Below are positions 26,205 to 32,000 of a stretch of DNA of 32,000 bases, in pieces. Both the position numbers and the translations under genes were made by a program. This DNA comes from Thermococcus kodakarensis KOD1 (GTDB lineage: Archaea; Methanobacteriota_B; Thermococci; Thermococcales; Thermococcaceae). Numbering within the stretch: the stretch's first letter is position 1; every line of letters begins with the position of its first letter. The notes under the pieces were generated by a model. The model saw only the letters and a program-made list of their open reading frames with translations, was not told the origin of the DNA and did not search any database. Location: positions 180,001 to 212,000 of the forward strand of contig NC_006624.1 in the NCBI RefSeq assembly GCF_000009965.1, written 5' to 3'.

Positions 26205-26283
26205 AGAGCAGCCCTTGCCTCGCAAGCGCTGGCGGAAATGGTTGGGACTATCTGATTGAAGAATCTATCCGGAGGGCCCTGCC

Positions 26284-26817
26284 ATGAGGAGGACTACGAA
26301 GGAGACCGATATAGAGGTTGAGCTTGACGTCGAGGGAACCGTAGAGACGGGCGATCCAGTCCTGAATCACCTCCTGATGGCCCTCTTCCACTACATGGGA
26401 AGGAATGCCCGGGTTAAAGCGAACTACGACCTCAGGCACCACCTCTGGGAGGACGTGGGGATAACCCTGGGGCTGGAGCTGAGGGAGAAGCTCCCAGGGA
26501 AGTTCGCCCGCTTCGGGAGCGCTGTAATGCCGATGGACGACGCGCTCATTCTGGTTGCCCTTGACATCTCTGGGAGGCCCTACCTGAACCTTGAGCTCTT
26601 CCCGCTGGAGGAAGAGGAGGGATTCAGCGTAACACTCGTCAGGGAGTTCCTCTGGGGGCTGGCGCGCTCGCTCAGGGCAACGATACACGTCAAACAGCTT
26701 GGGGGAGTAAACGCGCACCACATAATAGAGGCCGCCTTCAAAGGGCTAGGAATAGCCCTCGCCCAGGCTATAGCGGAGAGCGAAAGGCTGGAGAGCACCA
26801 AGGGGGTCCTGGAATGA
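26284..26817 (+). CDS. hisB: Imidazoleglycerol-phosphate dehydratase (monofunctional)
   Basis: RRTTKETDIEVELDV, HHLWEDVGITLG, NAHHIIEAAFKGLG. Confidence 0.93.
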   Translation: MRRTTKETDIEVELDVEGTVETGDPVLNHLLMALFHYMGRNARVKANYDLRHHLWEDVGITLGLELREKLPGKFARFGSAVMPMDDALILVALDISGRPYLNLELFPLEEEEGFSVTLVREFLWGLARSLRATIHVKQLGGVNAHHIIEAAFKGLGIALAQAIAESERLESTKGVLE

Positions 26818-27401
26818 TAGCCGTAGTTGACCTCGGGATAGGGAACCTCGCCAACGTGAGGAAGGCCCTCGGAGGGGTGATCACGAGCGACCCCTACGCG
26901 ATAGAGGGGGCCGAGAAGATAGTCCTCCCGGGGGTCGGGAACTTCGGGGCGGTGATGGAAAAGCTGGAACCGCTCAGGGGAGTTATAATCGATGCGATAA
27001 ACGACGGAAAGCCCCTGCTGGGTATCTGCCTCGGCCTCCAGCTTCTCTTCGAGGGGAGCGAGGAGAGCCCCGGAAAGCCTGGTCTGGGGGTCTTCAGGGG
27101 AAATGTCGTGCGCTTCCAGGGCGTTAGGGTGCCCCACATCGGCTGGAACCAGGTGTGGCAGAGGAAGGAGTGCCCGCTCTTCGAGGGCATAAAGGACGGT
27201 GCCTACTTCTACTTCGTCCACTCCTACTATGCTCTCCCCGAGGAGGACGTAACGGTGGGAGTGACGGACTACGAGTCGAAGGGGGCCAAGGTGGTCTTCA
27301 CCTCGGCCGTCTGCAGGGACAACGTTTACGCCGTCCAGTTCCACCCCGAGAAGAGCGGGAGGAACGGGCTGAGGCTTTTGGAGAACTTCAGGAGGCTGTG
27401 A
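26814..27401 (+). CDS. hisH: Imidazole glycerol phosphate synthase, glutaminase subunit
   Basis: IAVVDLGIGNL, GICLGLQLL (catalytic Cys), HIGWN, VQFHPEKS. Confidence 0.93.
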   Translation: MIAVVDLGIGNLANVRKALGGVITSDPYAIEGAEKIVLPGVGNFGAVMEKLEPLRGVIIDAINDGKPLLGICLGLQLLFEGSEESPGKPGLGVFRGNVVRFQGVRVPHIGWNQVWQRKECPLFEGIKDGAYFYFVHSYYALPEEDVTVGVTDYESKGAKVVFTSAVCRDNVYAVQFHPEKSGRNGLRLLENFRRL

Positions 27402-27402
27402 G

Positions 27403-28104
27403 ATGGAGGTTTATCCTGCTATAGACCTGATGAAAGGAAGGGCCGTGAGGCTCTACAGGGGGAGGAGGGAGAGCGTTAAGGTCTATGGAGATCCAGTGAA
27501 GATCGCCCAGGGCTTTTCGGAGCTCGTGGACAAGATCCACGTCGTTGACCTCGACGGGGCGTTCGAGGGGCGGCCTAGGAACCTCGAAGTGGTGGAGAGG
27601 ATAATCGAGGAGACCGGCCTGAGGGTTCAGGTCGGGGGAGGCTTCAGAACCTACGAAGCCGTGGGGAGGGCTTACGAGGTCGGCGTGGAGAACGTCATAC
27701 TCGGCACGAAGGCCCTCGATACGGCTTTCCTCGAAAGGCTCACCGATGAGTTCGGCGGGATAACCGTAAGTCTGGACGTCAAAGACGGAAGGATAGCGGT
27801 GAAGGGCTGGGTCGAGGAGGGCTCGATAAAAGTGAGAGATGCCTTCGAGATCCTCAGGAACTACGTGAACCGCTTTGTGTACACTTCCATCGAAAGGGAC
27901 GGTACTCTGACTGGAGTTGACGAGATAGGGCGCTTCTGGGGGGACGAGGAGTTCATATACGCTGGTGGAGTTTCCAGCGCTGAGGACATCGTTAGGCTTG
28001 CCGAGAGGGGCTTTTCTGGGGTTATTGTGGGGAAGGCCCTTTATGAGGGAGTTGTTAAGCTGGAAGACCTCCTGGAGGTGGCCAAATGCTTGCGAAGAGG
28101 ATAA
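27403..28104 (+). CDS. hisA: ProFAR isomerase
   Basis: [38 protein letters not shown]. Confidence 0.93.
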   Translation: MEVYPAIDLMKGRAVRLYRGRRESVKVYGDPVKIAQGFSELVDKIHVVDLDGAFEGRPRNLEVVERIIEETGLRVQVGGGFRTYEAVGRAYEVGVENVILGTKALDTAFLERLTDEFGGITVSLDVKDGRIAVKGWVEEGSIKVRDAFEILRNYVNRFVYTSIERDGTLTGVDEIGRFWGDEEFIYAGGVSSAEDIVRLAERGFSGVIVGKALYEGVVKLEDLLEVAKCLRRG

Positions 28105-28844
28105 TAGCGGCCCTGGACATAAGGGCGGGAAGGGTGGTCAAGGGGATAAAGTTCAGGAACATCCGGGATGCGGGCGATCCCGTTGAGCTGGCAAGGAGGT
28201 ACGAGAGCGAGGGGATAGACGAGATAGTCTTCCTTGACATAACGGCATCGCACGAGAAGAGGGGGATCCTCTTAGACCTCGTTGAGAGGGTCGCCGAGGA
28301 GATATACGTCCCCTTCACCGTTGGCGGCGGAATCAAGAGCGCCGAGGAAGCGGGGGAGATAATCAAGCGAGGAGCTGATAAGGTCTTTGTGAACACTGCA
28401 GCGGTCGAGAGGCCCGAGCTGGTGGGGGAGATAGCCGAGCTCGTAGGGAGCGCGAACCTCGTGGTTGCCATAGACGCCAAGTGGAACGGCTCCTTCTGGG
28501 AGGTCTACACCCACGGAGGGAGGAAACCGCGGGGAATCGACGCGGTTGAGTGGGCCAGGAAGGTGGAGGAGCTGGGGGCCGGAGAGATACTCCTGACGAG
28601 CATGGACACCGACGGGACGAAGGAGGGCTTCGACATCCCGCTGACGCGGGCGGTGGCGAATGCCGTTGATATACCCGTCATAGCCTCCGGGGGAGCCGGA
28701 AGGCCGGAGCACTTCTACGAGGCCTTCAAGGCTGGAGCGGAGGCGGCATTAGCCGCTTCGATATTCCACTACGGAGAATACACGGTCGGTCAGCTTAAGG
28801 GGTTCCTGGCCGAGAGGGGGATTCCAGTTAGACTGGACTACTGA
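28086..28844 (+). CDS. hisF: Imidazole glycerol phosphate synthase, cyclase subunit
   Basis: [53 protein letters not shown]. Confidence 0.95.
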   Translation: MLAKRIIAALDIRAGRVVKGIKFRNIRDAGDPVELARRYESEGIDEIVFLDITASHEKRGILLDLVERVAEEIYVPFTVGGGIKSAEEAGEIIKRGADKVFVNTAAVERPELVGEIAELVGSANLVVAIDAKWNGSFWEVYTHGGRKPRGIDAVEWARKVEELGAGEILLTSMDTDGTKEGFDIPLTRAVANAVDIPVIASGGAGRPEHFYEAFKAGAEAALAASIFHYGEYTVGQLKGFLAERGIPVRLDY

Positions 28845-28853
28845 GGTGGGAGC

Positions 28854-29483
28854 ATGAGCATCGAGGAGCTGGTAGAGAAGGTTGACTGGGAAAAGAACGG
28901 AGGGGTCGTTCCCGTTGTTGTCCAGGACACGGAGGGGGAGGTACTAACCCTCGCCTACATGGACAGAGAAGCGCTGAGGAGAACGCTCGAGACGGGCTAC
29001 GCCCACTACTACTCCCGCTCCCAGGGAAGGGTGAGGATGAAGGGGGAGGTGAGCGGAAACCTCCAGGTCGTCAGGGAGATAAGGGTAGACTGCGACAGCG
29101 ACGCCCTTCTCCTGAAGGTCGAGCCCAAAGGCCCGGCCTGCCACACGGGGAACTACTCCTGCTTTTACCGAAAGCTCGGGGAGCCCGAGAGGGTTCTCCC
29201 GATGGATTACTCGCTCACAATCCTCAGGGAGCTCGAGGAGCTGATAAGGAAGAGGAAGGAAAGCCCCGTCGAGGGTTCTTACACGTCGAGGCTCTTCAGG
29301 GAGGGCAGGGAGAGGATATACAAGAAGTTCGGGGAGGAGGCAGTTGAGGTTCTCGTGGCGGAAAACAGGGAGGCCTTGATCTACGAAACTGCAGACATGC
29401 TGTACCACCTCCTCGTTCTCCTGGCCTACAACGATGTTTCCCTCGGGGAGGTCATGGCCGAGCTCAGGAGGCGGCGGAAATGA
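28854..29483 (+). CDS. hisI: Bifunctional phosphoribosyl-AMP cyclohydrolase / phosphoribosyl-ATP pyrophosphatase
   Basis: HisI part: VPVVVQD...YYSRSQGRVRMKGEVSGN...DCDSDALL...CHTG. HisE part: SYTSRLF...KKFGEEAVE...ETADMLYHLLVLL. Confidence 0.92.
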   Translation: MSIEELVEKVDWEKNGGVVPVVVQDTEGEVLTLAYMDREALRRTLETGYAHYYSRSQGRVRMKGEVSGNLQVVREIRVDCDSDALLLKVEPKGPACHTGNYSCFYRKLGEPERVLPMDYSLTILRELEELIRKRKESPVEGSYTSRLFREGRERIYKKFGEEAVEVLVAENREALIYETADMLYHLLVLLAYNDVSLGEVMAELRRRRK

Positions 29484-30490
29484 TAAGGAATGAGGTAAAG
29501 GCCTTCAAGCCCTACCGCGTCATAGAGGGGAACTACAGGATATGGCTGGACAAGAACGAGAGCCCCTACGACCTTCCCGAGGAGCTAAAGGAGGAGATAT
29601 TTGAAGAGCTGAAGAGCGTTCCCTTCAACCGCTACCCCCACATAACCTCCATGCCGGCGAGGGAAGCGATAGGAGAGTTCTACGGGCTCCCGGCTGAAAA
29701 CGTGGCCGTTGGGAAGGGAGGCGACGAGCTTATCGGCTATCTCGTCCGCCTCTTCGAGGGGGACTACATCGTAACCACTCCCCCCACCTTCGGGATGTAC
29801 TCCTTCTACGCCAGGCTGAACGGGATTCCTGTGATTGAGGTGCCTCTGAGAGAGGACTTCACGATAGATGGAGATACCATAGCAGAGAAGGCGAAAAAAG
29901 CGTCGGCTGTCTTCATAGCATCGCCCAACAACCCGACCGGGAACCTCCAGCCGGTTGAGGAGGTCCTCAAAGTCCTGGAGACAGGGAAGGCCGTTGTGGT
30001 TGACGAGGCCTACGTCGAGTTCGCGGGGAAAGACCTCCTCGGCCTCCTGGATGAGTATCCCAACCTCGTCCTCCTGAGAACCTTCTCAAAGGCCTTCAGC
30101 TTAGCTGGAGCGAGGGTAGGCTACGCCCTCGCTAGCGAGGAGATAATTGAGGCACTCTACCGGATAAAGTCGCCCTTCAGCGTGGACATCTTCGCCCAGG
30201 CTGTCGTTAAAGTCGTGCTGAGGCACCCAGGGCTCTTCAGGGAGAGGATTAGGGAAATAGTGAGGGAGCGCGAGAGGGTGAGGAGATCGCTCGGAGAGCT
30301 GGCCTATCCGAGCGACGCCAACTTCCTCCTGGTTAAGGCGGACGCGCACTCCTTCCTCCTGGAGAGGGGAATAGTTGTGAGGAAGCTCTCGGGGAGGCTG
30401 AAGGGACACATAAGGGTCACGATAGGGAGGAGGGAGAACGACGCCTTCCTGAAGGCGATGGAGGAGTGGAAGGATGTGGCTGGTCTTTGA
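29480..30490 (+). CDS. hisC: Histidinol-phosphate aminotransferase
   Basis: NESPYDLP, SPNNPTGN, VVVDEAYVEF, RTFSKAFSLAGARVGY (PLP lysine). Confidence 0.92.
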   Translation: MIRNEVKAFKPYRVIEGNYRIWLDKNESPYDLPEELKEEIFEELKSVPFNRYPHITSMPAREAIGEFYGLPAENVAVGKGGDELIGYLVRLFEGDYIVTTPPTFGMYSFYARLNGIPVIEVPLREDFTIDGDTIAEKAKKASAVFIASPNNPTGNLQPVEEVLKVLETGKAVVVDEAYVEFAGKDLLGLLDEYPNLVLLRTFSKAFSLAGARVGYALASEEIIEALYRIKSPFSVDIFAQAVVKVVLRHPGLFRERIREIVRERERVRRSLGELAYPSDANFLLVKADAHSFLLERGIVVRKLSGRLKGHIRVTIGRRENDAFLKAMEEWKDVAGL

Positions 30491-31202
30491 CGTTGACGGG
30501 ACGCTCATAGACGTGGGTGAAAGCTACGACATGGCAGTGAAGCTTACCGTCGAGTACCTCCTGGAGGAGCTTGGAAAGCCCTCGGAGGTTGAAATCGAGC
30601 TGGTAAGGGAGCTGAGGAGGAAGGGAGTCTTTGGAGACGACTTTAAGCTCAGCGAGGCCCTGGTGAGGGCGGTTTTCTCCGGCCTGAATGACTGGGAACA
30701 AATTCCAGAGGGAGTTGGGGTTGAGTACTTCAGGAGAAACTTCCCGCTTGGAATTGACCCGGGTCACGTTGAGAGGGTCTTCAACACCTTCTACCTGGGA
30801 GAGCTCTACGAGGACAGGCTCTTTGACTTCGAGGGCCTCTGGAGGCTTGAAAAGCCGCTCGTAGATGTCGAGCTCCTCCGGGAGGCGGGGGAGAGGTTCA
30901 AGCTGGGCGTTGTGACGGGGAGGAACAGACTGGAGATGGAGCTTGCAGAGAGGATCATCGGCTTCAGGTTTCCGAAGGTTGTGACGAGGGAAAGCGGTTT
31001 GAAGCCCGACCCCGAGCTCCTCCGATGCCTCGTAGGGGGTGAGGAGGGGGTTTACATCGGCGACACGGCAGGGGACGAGCTGTTCATCGAGAACTACAGG
31101 AAAAAATACGGGGACTTCGGCTTTCTGATGGTCGGAAGGGACGTGGAAAATGCGAACGAAGCGATAAAAATGTTTTTGGAGGAGGTTAAACGAGGGCCTT
31201 AA
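30474..31202 (+). CDS. HAD (DDDD) superfamily phosphatase, probable histidinol-phosphate phosphatase
   Basis: N-terminal FDVDGTL (DxDGT nucleophile motif), VVTGR, and the GD(T)AGDE C-terminal acidic motif. It is the last gene of the his operon and overlaps hisC by 17 nt. A monofunctional DDDD-superfamily HolPase encoded in the his cluster has been reported for Thermococcus onnurineus. Confidence 0.75.
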   Translation: MWLVFDVDGTLIDVGESYDMAVKLTVEYLLEELGKPSEVEIELVRELRRKGVFGDDFKLSEALVRAVFSGLNDWEQIPEGVGVEYFRRNFPLGIDPGHVERVFNTFYLGELYEDRLFDFEGLWRLEKPLVDVELLREAGERFKLGVVTGRNRLEMELAERIIGFRFPKVVTRESGLKPDPELLRCLVGGEEGVYIGDTAGDELFIENYRKKYGDFGFLMVGRDVENANEAIKMFLEEVKRGP

Positions 31203-31215
31203 CGCCCTCTCGGTC

Positions 31216-31220
31216 TTTTT
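31216..31220 (+). terminator. Oligo-T (T5) terminator candidate ending the his operon
   Basis: GGTCTTTTTAG lies 14 nt after the HAD stop. Confidence 0.45.
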
Positions 31221-31250
31221 AGCTACTCCCTTGGACACCTCAGCATGTCC

Positions 31251-31262
31251 AAAGCCTTATAT
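31251..31262 (+). promoter_or_regulatory. BRE/TATA candidate for the trp operon
   Basis: AAAGCCTTATAT lies about 40 nt upstream of the trpC start. A GGTGA is at 31285-31289. Confidence 0.45.
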
Positions 31263-31302
31263 CCCAACTCCCCCTTTTGACACCGGTGAGTTCAAATGGG
31301 TG

Positions 31303-31986
31303 ATGGTTTTTGGATTAAGCAGGGCTATTAGAAAAGCCGAAAAGAACGCCATAATAGCCGAGCTGAAGGTCTATTCTCCGAAGTACGGGGATCTTCTGAA
31401 GGGCAGGAACCCCTTTGAGATCCTTAGGGCCTACGAAAGGGCAGGAGCGGTTGGAATCTCTTACATAACCGACCCGAAGTACTTCAGGGGAAGCTTTGAG
31501 TTCCTCAGGAAACTCTGCAGGGAAACGGAACTGCCAGTTTTGCGGAAGGACTTCATAGCCAGCAAGGAGGAAGTCGAAAGGACTGCTGAAGCAGGAGCTT
31601 CGGCGGTTCTCCTGATAACGCGGCTTCTGAAAGAGGAACTGCCCGAGTTCGTGGACTTCGCGAAGGAGCACGGCTTGGACACCCTCGTGGAGGTGCACAG
31701 CGAGGAGGAGCTGGCGATAGCACTCCAGACGGACTCAACGATGATAGGGATAAACAACCGCGACATAGGGAAGCTTGAGCTCGACGATGGCAACGTGAGC
31801 CTAACGGAAAAGCTGGCGCCGCTCATACCGAAAAGATACGTGAAGGTCAGCGAGAGCGGCATAGCGGGCACGGAAGACCTGAAGAGGGCTTTAAGACATG
31901 CGGATGCCGCTCTGATAGGCACCGCGCTCATGAAGACCCCGGATCCTGAGGAGTTTCTCAGGAAGCTCGTGGAGGTGGAAGTATGA
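31303..31986 (+). CDS. trpC: Indole-3-glycerol-phosphate synthase
   Basis: IIAELKVYSPKYG, LRKDFI, VLLI, VEVH, IGINNRD and the SESGI region. The track start (TTG 31231) runs through the promoter, so ATG 31303 (or GTG 31300) is preferred. Confidence 0.88.
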   Translation: MVFGLSRAIRKAEKNAIIAELKVYSPKYGDLLKGRNPFEILRAYERAGAVGISYITDPKYFRGSFEFLRKLCRETELPVLRKDFIASKEEVERTAEAGASAVLLITRLLKEELPEFVDFAKEHGLDTLVEVHSEEELAIALQTDSTMIGINNRDIGKLELDDGNVSLTEKLAPLIPKRYVKVSESGIAGTEDLKRALRHADAALIGTALMKTPDPEEFLRKLVEVEV

Positions 31987-32000
31987 GCCTTCTTGCGAAG
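31983..32000 (+). CDS. trpD: Start of the next trp gene (probably anthranilate phosphoribosyltransferase), truncated by the window edge
   Basis: An ATGA overlap links it to the trpC stop. MSLLAK... together with the trpCDEGFBA order known from Thermococcus kodakarensis supports the call. Only 6 codons are visible. Confidence 0.4.

Noticed and set aside
26205-26283. The 79-nt hisD-hisB gap contains a small inverted repeat (cttgc-ctc-gcaag) that could mark an internal promoter or terminator.
   Set aside because: The stem is only 5 bp with a 3-nt loop. There is no TATA-like element or oligo-T tract. The GGAGGG SD before hisB is enough to explain the spacer.
1-32000. I looked for tRNA, rRNA, CRISPR arrays, transposases, integrases and long direct or inverted repeats across the window.
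   Set aside because: None was recognised by eye. The intergenic spacers are short (mostly under 130 nt), AT-rich and promoter-like. A covariance-model scan (tRNAscan/Infernal) and a self-dotplot would be needed for a definitive negative.

Overview
The window looks like a Thermococcales (probably Thermococcus) chromosomal segment. Support: GC-rich coding sequence, TTTATATA-type TATA boxes, GGTGA/GGAGG Shine-Dalgarno sites, oligo-T terminators, and a his operon followed directly by trpC-trpD. Most of it is housekeeping. Genes present, in order: purF (3' end), an FdhH-like molybdoenzyme, pdxT-pdxS, nadC, a sugar-1-P nucleotidyltransferase, a CN-hydrolase / tRNA-binding / ureohydrolase / phosphatase cluster, a ten-gene histidine operon (hisZ-G-D-B-H-A-F-IE-C plus a HAD-type histidinol-phosphatase), then trpC and the first codons of trpD. 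Accessory elements sit between these: two type II toxin-antitoxin pairs (UPF0175/PIN, HEPN/MNT), two low-GC islands, a multiply disrupted GNAT pseudogene, and a run of MFS / ABC-2 / GNAT / SAM-methyltransferase genes. One island carries a heavily sequon-decorated HExxH lipoprotein. The other carries an ABC-2 exporter, and its right border appears to fall inside a GNAT gene. The best candidates for something undescribed are three. (1) A translationally coupled three-gene cassette at 12.5-13.7 kb (wHTH, acidic coiled-coil protein, small basic protein). (2) The GNAT-bracketed low-GC ABC cassette with an intragenic codon-usage break. (3) A long his leader (about 140 nt from the predicted TSS) with a 28-codon uORF containing tandem His codons. 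I saw no CRISPR array, rRNA, tRNA or transposase. All calls rest on reading the translations and DNA by eye; no searches were run.
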